Shown here piece after piece: positions 52,925 through 62,304 of a DNA stretch of 64,000 nt. Both the position numbers and the translations under genes were made by a program. The notes below the pieces were generated by a model. That model was given only the letters and a program-made list of their open reading frames with translations. It did no database searches and had not been told where the DNA came from. Source of the DNA: Kofleriaceae bacterium (GTDB taxonomy: Bacteria > Myxococcota_A > Polyangia > Haliangiales > Haliangiaceae); assembly GCA_048500355.1 (NCBI GenBank), contig JASNYD010000004.1:192001-256000 (forward strand), read 5' to 3'. Position 1 is the first letter of the stretch. The number at the start of each line of letters is the position of its first letter.

Positions 52925-54022
52925 ATGAAAGTCGCCTCAAACCCACCGTTCCCTGTCACCCGCCTTGGCGCTGGTGCGCGCGACCGAGATCTCTCCTCGC
53001 CAGGCGGCGCCGTCGCGTTCGTGGCGCTGACCTCGCGCGGGTACTACCGCATCCCGGCCGGCGCGACGCAGTTCATGATGGGCAGCGATCCGGCGCGCTG
53101 CGAGCTCGTGATCCCGGGCTGTCCCGAGATCTCGGGCCAGCACGTGCTCGTTCACGTCGAGGACGATCAGGTCTACGTCAGCGACGTCGGGTCGACGAAC
53201 GGCACGAGGATCGACGGGAGTCCGAGCCGGCGAGGTGCCGTCCGGCCTGGCAAGGTCATGGCCATGGCCGGCTATGGCGTGGTCCTCGTGTCCCAGCAGA
53301 TGAACCGCTGGCTCGAGGAGCTCAACGTCTACGTCGGCAGAACCCAGCACGCCTCCCAGCTGCTGGCGCTGTCGCCGAGTCGGCACCTCATCCTGATCGG
53401 CGAACGCTATACTCCGCTCGAGGAGATCGCGCGAGCCGCACACCACGCCGTCGCGACCGACGCGAGCCCAATCGTCTGCGTCCCGGTGGAGCACCCCTCG
53501 CACACCGAGGCACGCGTGCTCGAGCGCGCGATCAACGGGAGGGTCTTCATCGACGGCCGCGGCACCCCACGCCGAAGCGCGGCACCGATCTTCAGCGAGG
53601 AGCAACTGGATCGGCTGCGCCATCCGCAGCAGCTCACCGCTCTTACAGTTGGCCTGCGTCGCCCGGCAGATATCACGCTGCGGCTCCTCGAGCGCGACCC
53701 GTTCGTGCTCAACGTCCCGTCGATCAAGCACCGCATCGAGAACGGCGGGCTCGATGACCTGATCGACGCGCTCTACGTGAAGTGGGAGGTTCCGTTCCGG
53801 GCAAAGCACTGGGCCGGCGCGCTGCGCGACCGCATCGCCAACCATGCATGGAAGAAAGACCATACGCAGTTCACCGCGGTTGTCGTGGCCGTCGGACGGA
53901 TGTGGGCGGGCCTCGACGAGCACCACGCCGTCGAGGGGCTTGGCGCCACGCAGACCGTCAAGGACTGGCTCACGGCCCTGGACCTGGGCTGGGCCTCCGC
54001 GCGCGCCGGGCGTCCCCGCTAG
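52925..54022 (+). CDS. FHA-domain protein.
   Basis: FHA core YYRIPAGATQFMMGSDPARCELVIPGCPEISGQHVLVHVEDDQVYVSDVGSTNGTRIDG. Start taken at an internal ATG of track ORF 52850..54022. Confidence 0.6.
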   Translation: MKVASNPPFPVTRLGAGARDRDLSSPGGAVAFVALTSRGYYRIPAGATQFMMGSDPARCELVIPGCPEISGQHVLVHVEDDQVYVSDVGSTNGTRIDGSPSRRGAVRPGKVMAMAGYGVVLVSQQMNRWLEELNVYVGRTQHASQLLALSPSRHLILIGERYTPLEEIARAAHHAVATDASPIVCVPVEHPSHTEARVLERAINGRVFIDGRGTPRRSAAPIFSEEQLDRLRHPQQLTALTVGLRRPADITLRLLERDPFVLNVPSIKHRIENGGLDDLIDALYVKWEVPFRAKHWAGALRDRIANHAWKKDHTQFTAVVVAVGRMWAGLDEHHAVEGLGATQTVKDWLTALDLGWASARAGRPR

Positions 54023-54221
54023 AAGCGGCGTCGCGTAGTACGACGAGCGATCGGCGCACCGCGCGAGCCGCGTGCAACGAACCTCGATCGCGAAAGCGTC
54101 AAGCGCGAGCTTGCGCGCCGGATCGACCTGCACTACTTGTTGATGTCGGGCGGCGTGCGCGGTGGCGGATGATCGTCACGGTCGCGAAGCTGCCGAGACA
54201 ATCAGGTGCAGGAGGTTGGTG

Positions 54222-55142
54222 ATGGAGGGATGGCATGCTCCGGCGGAGCGAAGCGCCGGTGGTGATGGCACGGGTCCGTGGCTGAAGCTCGCCAACGACG
54301 GCGACGTCGCCGTTGTCGTGTTTCTCGGCGATCCGTACAGCCGCGAGGTCGTCTTCGACAGCGGTCGACAGGTACCGTTCGGTCGCGAGCACGCGCAGCA
54401 GGGCCTCGAGCCCAAGATGCGCTACGCGATCAACGTGGCCGTCTTGGCGACGACGATCGCCGGCATCAAGACGCCCGAGGTCAAGGTGCTGGAGATGTCC
54501 GGCGCGCTCTATCGCGACGTCTATGCGTTGCGCACGAAGTACGGCGTCGCTGACTGGGCGTTCGAGATCCAGCGCCACGGCAAGCCGAAGGATCCGAAGA
54601 CGATCTACCGCGTGTTGCCCGAGCGTCAGCTCACGCACGACGAGAAGGCGTGGATGGCCCGTGCGCCGCTGACCAACCTGCGCTCCCTGTACCAGGACCG
54701 TGGTGCTGGCGGCGACGCGGGTGGTGACAGCGGGCGTGAGCTCGCGCAGCACGTCGGACGGCTGGATCGGGACGGACAGCAGCGGTTCTTCGCGCGCTTC
54801 GGCATCCGAACGTTGTCCGAGCTCGAACCGGTGCTGGTGCCCAAGGCGCTCGAGTACCTGCGCGACCAGCCGGTGTCGCGTGCGGCTGGCTCCGAGGTGG
54901 AGGCTCCGGCCACGGAGACGGGCCGCGCGACGCTCCTGATCGGCAGCGAGCTCGCGAGCCAGATCGTCGTCGACCTGAAGAAGCTGCCGCAGGAGGCGGT
55001 GCAGGACTGGCTCAAGCACTGCGGGATCCAGCGCGTGCGCGACCTGCCGGTCGATCGGGTTCCGGACGCGAGGGCGTTCCTGGCGCTGCTGATGAAGGAG
55101 TTCGGCCCCGCGACGACGGCGGCGGTCGATCCGTACTCGTAG
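54222..55142 (+). CDS. Hypothetical phage early protein.
   Basis: GGAGG RBS before ATG (MEGWHAPAERS). 306 aa. No confident family assignment; weak resemblance to OB-fold proteins. Confidence 0.45.
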   Translation: MEGWHAPAERSAGGDGTGPWLKLANDGDVAVVVFLGDPYSREVVFDSGRQVPFGREHAQQGLEPKMRYAINVAVLATTIAGIKTPEVKVLEMSGALYRDVYALRTKYGVADWAFEIQRHGKPKDPKTIYRVLPERQLTHDEKAWMARAPLTNLRSLYQDRGAGGDAGGDSGRELAQHVGRLDRDGQQRFFARFGIRTLSELEPVLVPKALEYLRDQPVSRAAGSEVEAPATETGRATLLIGSELASQIVVDLKKLPQEAVQDWLKHCGIQRVRDLPVDRVPDARAFLALLMKEFGPATTAAVDPYS

Positions 55143-55208
55143 ACGCGGGCAACGCGACGGCAACGCGGTGTTGCCGTCGCGTACACGGTGGGCGGGAAGG
55201 AGTGGGAC

Positions 55209-56255
55209 GTGGGACGTTTCTCCAAGCGACTCGACGCGGACGACGTGCGCGCCGCGCTCACACGCGAGCTGGTCGTTCAGCACGTCAACCTGGAGGTGCG
55301 CGGTCGGCCGGATGGATGGTGGCGAGGTCGCAAATGCCCGGCGTGTGGCAAGGCGTGGCGCGACCTCGCCGGCTCGGGCTTCTGCATCGGCACGCGCGGC
55401 TGGACGTGCAAGGCGTGCACGGCGAGCGGCGACCTGCTCGACCTCCTCGCGCGCCTCACCGGGCTCGAGCCGCGCCGCGACTTCCGCCGCGTGCTGGCGC
55501 TGGGCGCTCAGCTCGCTGGTGTGAGCGCTGCTGACCACGATGGGACGCAGGCGCGACGAAGACGGGATCATACGGCCCGCGACGCTGCACGCCGCCGTCA
55601 CGAAGCGAACGACGCGCACGCACGGCGCCGCGACGCTCGCCGTCGCGCTGGCCAGCTCTGGCCGCGGCTCCAGGTCGATCATCCCGCAGGCCGCGCGTAC
55701 CTTGGACACCGCGGCCTCGATGTCGACGCGCTCATCGCACGTGGACTGATCCGCTTCTACTCGACTGGGTGGCGCGTTGGCGATGCGACTGGAGACCCAG
55801 CGGTGGCGCTCCACGATGGAGATGGCGAGCTCCTGAACGTCGTGCGTCGGCGGATCGGCCTCGACGAGCCGAGGACGCCGGGGCTGCGTGCCGCTCCCAC
55901 CGATGGCACGCTGGTGGGTCGCCTCGATCAGATCCAGGCGCGCGTCGACGTCGTGATCACCGAGGGCATCGTCGACACGTTGACCGCGGCGCTCGCCTGG
56001 CCGGCGTCAGTGGTCCTGGGCGCGCACGGCGCTGCACAGCTCTCGTGCGTTGTCGCGGCGGCGGCGCCGCGCGTGAGAGGCTGGGGTGGCCGCCTTGTCC
56101 TGGTTCCGGATCCGGATCCAGCCGGCCAGGATGCAGCCGTCAGGGCGGCGGAGCACGCGCTCCGAGCCGGCATGTCCATGAGGCGTGACCTCGACGTGCT
56201 CGAGCTCGGTGGGCACGATCTGAACGAGGCGTGGCGTGCCGGGTGGCGCCCATGA
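55209..56255 (+). CDS. DNA primase (zinc-finger plus Toprim domains).
   Basis: CPACGK...CKAC zinc finger. Toprim motifs VVITEGIVDTLTA and LVLVPDPDPAGQDAA. AGGAG RBS before GTG 55209. An alternative GTG lies at 55188. Confidence 0.65.
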   Translation: MGRFSKRLDADDVRAALTRELVVQHVNLEVRGRPDGWWRGRKCPACGKAWRDLAGSGFCIGTRGWTCKACTASGDLLDLLARLTGLEPRRDFRRVLALGAQLAGVSAADHDGTQARRRRDHTARDAARRRHEANDAHARRRDARRRAGQLWPRLQVDHPAGRAYLGHRGLDVDALIARGLIRFYSTGWRVGDATGDPAVALHDGDGELLNVVRRRIGLDEPRTPGLRAAPTDGTLVGRLDQIQARVDVVITEGIVDTLTAALAWPASVVLGAHGAAQLSCVVAAAAPRVRGWGGRLVLVPDPDPAGQDAAVRAAEHALRAGMSMRRDLDVLELGGHDLNEAWRAGWRP

Positions 56256-57505
56256 CTCTCCCGACCGCGAGCGAGCGGATCCTCGCGCTGGAGTACGAGC
56301 ACAGCATCGACGCGCTCGCGGCGCGCGATGCACAGCCGGACGAACGCGGTGGCACTGCGGCCCGACACCAGCGCGAGCCGCCGCCCGACGCCACCGAGAC
56401 CTACGGCGGCGACCTCTGCCACTTCATGGGGAGCGAGGCGGAATCCGTCCTGACTCCGTCGCAGATCTACCTGTGCGATGGCATGGTTGCCCGCGGTGAG
56501 CCGAACCTGATCCTCGGTGAGCCCAAGATCGGCAAGACCCTCGTCGTGGAGGACCTGGCCGTCTGCCTGGCCGCCGGTCTCCCGAACTTCTGCGGCCGAC
56601 CGATCTACGGGCGTGCCCGCGTCCTGCTCATGACCCGCGAGGATAGCGATCGGACAACGCGCTCGCGCCTCTGGCAGATCATGCGCGCGCGTGACACCTC
56701 CCCGCGCGCGCTGAGCGGCCACCTCGAGGTTGACGGCCATCAAGATCTGCAGCTCGACACGCGGAGCGATGTCGCCAAGCTGCGACGGACCCTCGCGCGT
56801 TTCGATGCCGTGTTCATCGATTCCTTGTCGACGATCCATTCCGCCGACGAGAACAGCGCCCGCGAGATGCGGCCGGTCACAAACGCCTGGCGCAGCCTGG
56901 CAGTCGAGACCAACACCGCCATCGTCCTCGTGCACCACCTGCGAAAGCCGACGGAGCTGTCAGCGAGAAGCAGGAAGCTCAACCGCGGTCGTGGCTCGAC
57001 GGCGATCGGCGCGACCGCGCGGCACATTCTCTTTCTCTCCGACGGACCCGGCACCAACCAGCTCGCGGTCGCCGTCGATGGGAACTTCTTCGGGATGCCT
57101 GAGCCATTCGTCATCGAACGGCAGGTGAACACCGATGGCACAGGCCGCTCCGTGAAGCACGAGGTCGTGGGAAGCGCGAACGTAGGCAGGGGAGCGTTGC
57201 CGAGCGCCCAGCGCGATTCCTCGATTTTGGAACCGCGTCCACGGAGCCAGGACCGACACGACGACGATGCGCGAACACGCGTGCTGGCGGTGATGCACGC
57301 CGCGAACGTGGCGCTGAGTCAGAACAAGATCGCCATCGCTGCATCCGGGCGGCGTGCCGACAACATCGCCGCTCTCAACGCCTTGCTGGTGGCAGGCGAG
57401 GTCGTCCAGGTCGAGGGACGTCGAACCGGGGGCTCCTACCCGTACGCCCTGACCTCACGTCTCGAAGACCTGAGCCTGCGACCCATCGGAAGGGGAAACG
57501 CATGA
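56252..57505 (+). CDS. RepA-like AAA_25 / RecA-fold ATPase (replicative helicase or helicase loader).
   Basis: Walker A GEPKIGKT. Walker B VFIDSL. IVLVHHLRK motif. The start overlaps the primase stop. Confidence 0.65.
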   Translation: MTLPTASERILALEYEHSIDALAARDAQPDERGGTAARHQREPPPDATETYGGDLCHFMGSEAESVLTPSQIYLCDGMVARGEPNLILGEPKIGKTLVVEDLAVCLAAGLPNFCGRPIYGRARVLLMTREDSDRTTRSRLWQIMRARDTSPRALSGHLEVDGHQDLQLDTRSDVAKLRRTLARFDAVFIDSLSTIHSADENSAREMRPVTNAWRSLAVETNTAIVLVHHLRKPTELSARSRKLNRGRGSTAIGATARHILFLSDGPGTNQLAVAVDGNFFGMPEPFVIERQVNTDGTGRSVKHEVVGSANVGRGALPSAQRDSSILEPRPRSQDRHDDDARTRVLAVMHAANVALSQNKIAIAASGRRADNIAALNALLVAGEVVQVEGRRTGGSYPYALTSRLEDLSLRPIGRGNA

Positions 57506-57646
57506 CCTGTTCCCGACGTCCCCGACCTGTTCCGCAACCGGAACAGGTCCACTTGTACCTGTACCTGTTCCCGCTCTTAAGAAGCGGGAACAGGGTACAG
57601 GTCTCGGAACAGGTCGAGGACTTGTTCCCGGCGCGGAACAGGTCTC
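57505..57646. repeat. Iteron-like array of ACCTGTTCC / GGAACAGGT repeats in both orientations, plus the palindrome GTTCCCGCT-cttaaga-AGCGGGAAC.
   Basis: About 8 copies in 140 bp (57505, 57525, 57540 inv, 57561, 57585 inv, 57606 inv, 57621, 57635 inv). A perfect 9-bp inverted repeat with a 13-nt spacer at 57540-57570. Lies between the RepA-like and helicase genes. Confidence 0.6.
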
Positions 57647-57686
57647 GCCCTCCCGCCGCCACCTTCCTCGACCCGGACGGAGTCTC

Positions 57687-59237
57687 GTGACGCACTTCGC
57701 GTTGCGGCCTTACCAGCAGTCGGCTGTCACGGCCGCCGAAGCGCGCTGGTCCGCCGGCGACCGAGCCACGCTGGTGCTGCTTCCGACAGGCACCGGCAAG
57801 ACCGTGGTGTTCTCCGAGCTCACACGTCGCGTGATCGCCGCCGGAGGTCGCTCCCTCGTCCTCGCTCACCGGTCGGAGCTGCTCGTCCAGGCACGCGACA
57901 AGCTCGAGGCGTTCGGCCTGTGGGCCCAGCTCGAGCAGGCCGAGCAGCGTGCCGGGCTGGCTCGGGCCGTCGTCGCATCGGTCCAGACCTTGCGCGGTCG
58001 TCGTCTCGCGACGTGGGCACGCGACGCCTTCGACCTCGTGGTTGTCGACGAGGCACATCACGCGTCAGCGAAGTCCTATCGCGACGTGCTCGATCACTTC
58101 GCCTCGGCGCGCGTTCTCGGCGTCACCGCGACCGGCGACCGAGCGGATGGAGCGAAGCTCGGCTCCGTCTTCGACTCGGTCGCGTTTCGCTACGAGCTCC
58201 GTGCCGCGATCAAGGATGGCTGGCTCGCCCCGATTCGTGCGCGTCGCATCCAGGTCGATGTCGACCTCGACCAGATCGAAACCGTCGCCGGCGACCTCAG
58301 CGAGGAGCAACTCGGTGAGGCGATGACGTGCAACAACGTCGTAGACGGCGTCGCGATCCCGCTGCTCGAGCTCGCCGAGGACCGACCGACCGTGCTGTTC
58401 GCGGTCACGGTGGCTCATGCTCGAGCGCTCGCCGCAGCTCTCAACCGCAGGCGTCCCGGATGTGCGCTCGCGGTCTCCGGATCGTCCTCCCCCGAGGAGC
58501 GCCGTGACGCTGCGGCCCAGCTTGCGACGCGGCAGGTCCAGTTCGTGTCGAACGCGCAGCTCTGGACGGAGGGCTTCGACCTCCCGGCGATCGCCTGCGT
58601 CGCCTTGGCGCGCCCGACCAAGAGCCGCTCGCTGTTCGTTCAGATGGTCGGCCGCGGGACCCGGCTCTCGCCCGGCAAGCACGACTGCCTCGTGTTGGAC
58701 TTCACCGCGAACACCGAGCGGCACCGCTTGGTGTCGGCGATCGACGTCCTTGGCGAAGAGCTTCCCGACGAGGTCCGTCGGCACGCACAGGCCGCACTCG
58801 ACCTCGGGGCCGAGGACGTGATGGACGTCGTCGACCGGATCGGCCGCGATGTTCAGCGCCAATCGACGCTCGTCCTCGAGGTCAAGACTCCGCGCGAGCA
58901 TGTTCGCGGTTGGGTTGCGGAGGACGTTCACGACCTGCTCGACCTCGGTGAGCCGCCGACGACGCCCGAGGTCTGGCAGACCGCCACAGAGCTGCAACGG
59001 TCCGCGCTTGTGGACGCCGGCATCTCGGTGACACGGGAGATGTCGCGTACCGAGGCGGCGCGGATCCTCACGGCACTGTCCCAGCGGCGTCAGGCGGGGC
59101 TGGCGACGTTCAAGCAAGTGCGCTGGCTCGCGGGCCAGGGAATCGACGCGAAGGGCATGGCGAAGACGGAGGCCACGGCACTGATCGGCGCGCGCATCAG
59201 GGCGGAGCGCAGCGGGGCGCCGAAGGCGCCCTCGTGA
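57687..59237 (+). CDS. SF2 DEAD/DEAH-box helicase (ResIII-like) with a C-terminal extension.
   Basis: Motif I LLPTGTGKT. Motif II VVVDEAHH. Motif III VTATGDR. Motif VI QMVGRGTR. GTG start with a GGACGGAG RBS. Confidence 0.8.
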   Translation: MTHFALRPYQQSAVTAAEARWSAGDRATLVLLPTGTGKTVVFSELTRRVIAAGGRSLVLAHRSELLVQARDKLEAFGLWAQLEQAEQRAGLARAVVASVQTLRGRRLATWARDAFDLVVVDEAHHASAKSYRDVLDHFASARVLGVTATGDRADGAKLGSVFDSVAFRYELRAAIKDGWLAPIRARRIQVDVDLDQIETVAGDLSEEQLGEAMTCNNVVDGVAIPLLELAEDRPTVLFAVTVAHARALAAALNRRRPGCALAVSGSSSPEERRDAAAQLATRQVQFVSNAQLWTEGFDLPAIACVALARPTKSRSLFVQMVGRGTRLSPGKHDCLVLDFTANTERHRLVSAIDVLGEELPDEVRRHAQAALDLGAEDVMDVVDRIGRDVQRQSTLVLEVKTPREHVRGWVAEDVHDLLDLGEPPTTPEVWQTATELQRSALVDAGISVTREMSRTEAARILTALSQRRQAGLATFKQVRWLAGQGIDAKGMAKTEATALIGARIRAERSGAPKAPS

Positions 59238-59295
59238 GCTCGACGCGGCGATCACTTCCATGCGTGGTTCGAGAGCCTGCTCCCGGGTAGGATTC

Positions 59296-59718
59296 ATGCG
59301 CATGGTTTTGGGCTCCTGTTACACGTGCCAAGGCGTTCCACCCATCTGCCCTGAGTGCATCAACGAGCTCTCGGAGCGATGGAACAGCAGCGCACGTGCA
59401 TTCGGGTGGCGCTGGGGCGCGCGGCTCCGCATCACCATGGACGTTCGCGGTGAGGCAAGCAGATCCTGGCCGGCATGGGAGAGCGAGCCAGCGACGGATC
59501 TGCGCCGCATCTGCCGGAAGATCGTGGAGCCGCTGGCAAGTGCTGTTCCCGAGCGACGCGACCCGCGCCTCGTCGAGATCTTCGCTCGGGTGTGCGCGTC
59601 AGCAGCGCGGGAAGCCTATCTGGGCCTGACGCTGGAGGAGGCGCGGGAGGTCGTCGCCGATTGGGACCGACGCTTCCCGACGTGGCAACGCGACCTCATC
59701 CAGCGTCTCCGTGGGTAG
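59296..59718 (+). CDS. Small zinc-ribbon protein.
   Basis: CYTCQGVPPICPEC Cys4 motif. AGGA RBS. Lower GC. Start taken at an internal ATG of track ORF 59260..59718. Confidence 0.45.
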   Translation: MRMVLGSCYTCQGVPPICPECINELSERWNSSARAFGWRWGARLRITMDVRGEASRSWPAWESEPATDLRRICRKIVEPLASAVPERRDPRLVEIFARVCASAAREAYLGLTLEEAREVVADWDRRFPTWQRDLIQRLRG

Positions 59719-59727
59719 CCGTTCGTC

Positions 59728-62304
59728 ATGACTGGCTCCGACGACACCGCCCTCGCGGGGTACCATATGTACTTCGCTCCGCCACTCGTCTCACCGAGTG
59801 GCAATGCGGCTCCGATGCGTGGCCCGCTCTCGGACGACTCGGGGCGCGCGCTGATGATCGCGCCCGGCGTCGAGCTCGACCCGCACGTCTACCCTGAGCT
59901 GATACCTGGGCGCTACCTGCTGGTGCCGGTGGACGCGCGCGGTCGCGAGCTGCCGCATCTGCAACGAATCGAGAAGCAGATCGTCGACACGCACCGAACG
60001 CGCTTGATGCAGGCCGTCACCGCCGAGGCAACACTGCTCGTGATGGGCGAGGCCCTCCAGAACCCGAAGCTCGCGACGGCGCTCTTCGACCTGGTTCAGT
60101 CGGGTGACAAGCAGGGGCTCCTGCTTCATGCGATGCAGCGAGCCGGCCAGGAGATCTGGGGCGGCCCGGTTCCCGATGCGCCTCTCGACGAAGAGACAAG
60201 GCGTCGCCTCGTGAAGATGACCGCCGACAAGCTCATCGAGAGCGTCCGCGGCGTCCTCGCCCAGGACGATCCCCAACGTTACCGTCTCGAGCGAGAAGGC
60301 TTCGATGCGCTCGTCAAGCAGCCCCTGGTGCTCTCGGTCGACCACATCATGGCGTCGGCGGCTCGCGCGGACTACGAGGACGCCGCGGTGCGCGCTCTTG
60401 CGAAGCTCTACATCCGTGAGGAGCTTCCGTTCTGGTTCGTCGGCGACATCCTGCCCGGCCTCGGCCAGCTCGACGTCTTTCTCATCCTCATCCGCTACGC
60501 GAGCGGCGACATCGTCGGCGGTCTCATCGAGCTCTTCGAGAAGGATCGCTTCCCGCGAACGCTCGAAGGGAGCGAGCAGCGAGCGCTTGCGCTGTTCGCG
60601 CTGTGGACCCTTGGCGGGGCTCCGGTGCGGCGACCGGTCCTTCGGTGGATGCGGCGTCTCATCCGCACGCCGCTCAGTGTCAGGGCGGCCGCTCTCCTCT
60701 TGTGGCTGGCGCGCGAGCTCGCCGACGCCGGCTTGAACCAGATCGTCGACGAGCTGGCGCTATCTGTGGAACAGAGCCTGATCGACGGCATCGGCACGGC
60801 TGCTGCTCACCTCCTCGCACGCGGCACGCTCGACGACGTGATCCTGCGGCTGCCGCAGCGGCGCGCAGACCTGCCCTTCCCTGGCGTGAGCGTTCGTGCG
60901 CCGCAGAAGCCCCGCCCGAACGAGCCTTGTCCCTGCGGCAGCGGATTGAAGGTCAAGAAGTGCCACGGCGATCGTGCCCTGGAGCTGGTGGCGCCAGCGG
61001 CGAGCCGCGGCCGGCAGATCCGTGAAGCCTCGGGCCGCATCCAACCAGATCAGGTTCCTCGGTTGGCGCGCGTCGACCTCGCCCGGATGGACCTCGGCAC
61101 GACTCGCGACGACACCCTCGTGCAGCTCCTCCGCTGGCAGATGTACCTGGCGGACTGGGACCGCGCAGGGCTGATCGCCGACGAGCTCGCCAGCCGCCCT
61201 TCGATGCGCGCGCAGGCCGACACCCACCGGTACGAGCTCATCACATGGGCCCTCCGGTACGACCAGCACGAGGTTGCCTCGAAGCAGATCGCGAAGCTCT
61301 TGAACCCGGAGACCGCGGCGGGCGTGCGCGTGATGCTCGCCCACCGCGCTGACGAGTCAGCCACACTCGCCGATCTGCGAACCGCCGCCAAGGTCGCTGT
61401 CGAGGATCCTACCGGGGCAAACGCGTTTGCTCTTGCCACGCTCCTGATGAGCTTCGACAAGTCGCTCGCGATTCTCGTCGCCCGAAGTGCGCTACGCCCT
61501 GACCAGCTCGACAACGCCGCTGTGCTGATCCAGCAGATCGAGGACGCGCGCGACGACCTCCTCCTTCCTCCCGGTGATCCGGCCATCGACCTCTTCACCA
61601 TGATGGGCGGTGTCCGCAAGGCCCGTGTCGCGGCAGACCAAGAGCGAGCTTCGCTCGCGAAGGAGGCTGACTCGCTGCGCAACGAGCTCGAGGCGAAGAC
61701 GCGACGGCTGTCGGAGATGGAGCGCGACTTGGAGCGTCGTGAGCAGGAGCTCCGCGAGGCGCGCCAGCGCGCCGACGATGCACAAGCTCAACCGACGCGT
61801 TCAGAGCAGGAGCGGCGGGCGAGCAAGGAGAAGATCGGGCGGCTCGAGGCGCTCGTGCGGGAGAAGAACGAGCAGCTCGCCGAGTCCCGACGCGCGCTCG
61901 CCGTCACGAGCGCGCCGACGCCAGTCGGGACGAGCGCGACCGTGGGGACTGACGACGACGACGATGAGGATGAACTCGAGGAAGCGCAGGACGCGGCGCC
62001 GCGGACCGTACTGGTCGCACGCTACACGCCGCGGGCGGCGACCGCCTTGGCGGCGGTCCCGCGCAACGTTGGAAGCATCGCTGCGCGTACGGTTGGGGCC
62101 CTGGCCGCGGGAGACGACGGCCCCTGGCGGAGTGTGAAGCAGGCCAAGGACATGCCGAGGCAGGTGTTGATGGCGCGTATCGGCATCCACTACCGGCTCT
62201 TGTTCCGTTGCGACACCGGCGGCGAGCTCGAGGTGGTCGACCTCGTCACGCGTGAAGACCTGATGTTGACGCTCAAGCGTCTCCGGAACACGAGGAGTCC
62301 ATGA
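59728..62304 (+). CDS. Large multidomain protein: N-terminal domain of unknown function, SEC-C zinc motif, helical (TPR-like) region, coiled coil, acidic linker, C-terminal RelE/ParE-like toxin domain.
   Basis: SEC-C motif PCPCGSGLKVKKCHGD (~nt 60926-60972). Coiled coil SLAKEADSLRNELEAKTRRLSEMERDLERREQELREARQRAD. DDDDDEDELEE linker. C-terminus MPRQVLMARIGIHYRLLFRCDTGGELEVVDLVTREDL resembles the RelE/ParE fold. Confidence 0.55.
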   Translation: MTGSDDTALAGYHMYFAPPLVSPSGNAAPMRGPLSDDSGRALMIAPGVELDPHVYPELIPGRYLLVPVDARGRELPHLQRIEKQIVDTHRTRLMQAVTAEATLLVMGEALQNPKLATALFDLVQSGDKQGLLLHAMQRAGQEIWGGPVPDAPLDEETRRRLVKMTADKLIESVRGVLAQDDPQRYRLEREGFDALVKQPLVLSVDHIMASAARADYEDAAVRALAKLYIREELPFWFVGDILPGLGQLDVFLILIRYASGDIVGGLIELFEKDRFPRTLEGSEQRALALFALWTLGGAPVRRPVLRWMRRLIRTPLSVRAAALLLWLARELADAGLNQIVDELALSVEQSLIDGIGTAAAHLLARGTLDDVILRLPQRRADLPFPGVSVRAPQKPRPNEPCPCGSGLKVKKCHGDRALELVAPAASRGRQIREASGRIQPDQVPRLARVDLARMDLGTTRDDTLVQLLRWQMYLADWDRAGLIADELASRPSMRAQADTHRYELITWALRYDQHEVASKQIAKLLNPETAAGVRVMLAHRADESATLADLRTAAKVAVEDPTGANAFALATLLMSFDKSLAILVARSALRPDQLDNAAVLIQQIEDARDDLLLPPGDPAIDLFTMMGGVRKARVAADQERASLAKEADSLRNELEAKTRRLSEMERDLERREQELREARQRADDAQAQPTRSEQERRASKEKIGRLEALVREKNEQLAESRRALAVTSAPTPVGTSATVGTDDDDDEDELEEAQDAAPRTVLVARYTPRAATALAAVPRNVGSIAARTVGALAAGDDGPWRSVKQAKDMPRQVLMARIGIHYRLLFRCDTGGELEVVDLVTREDLMLTLKRLRNTRSP

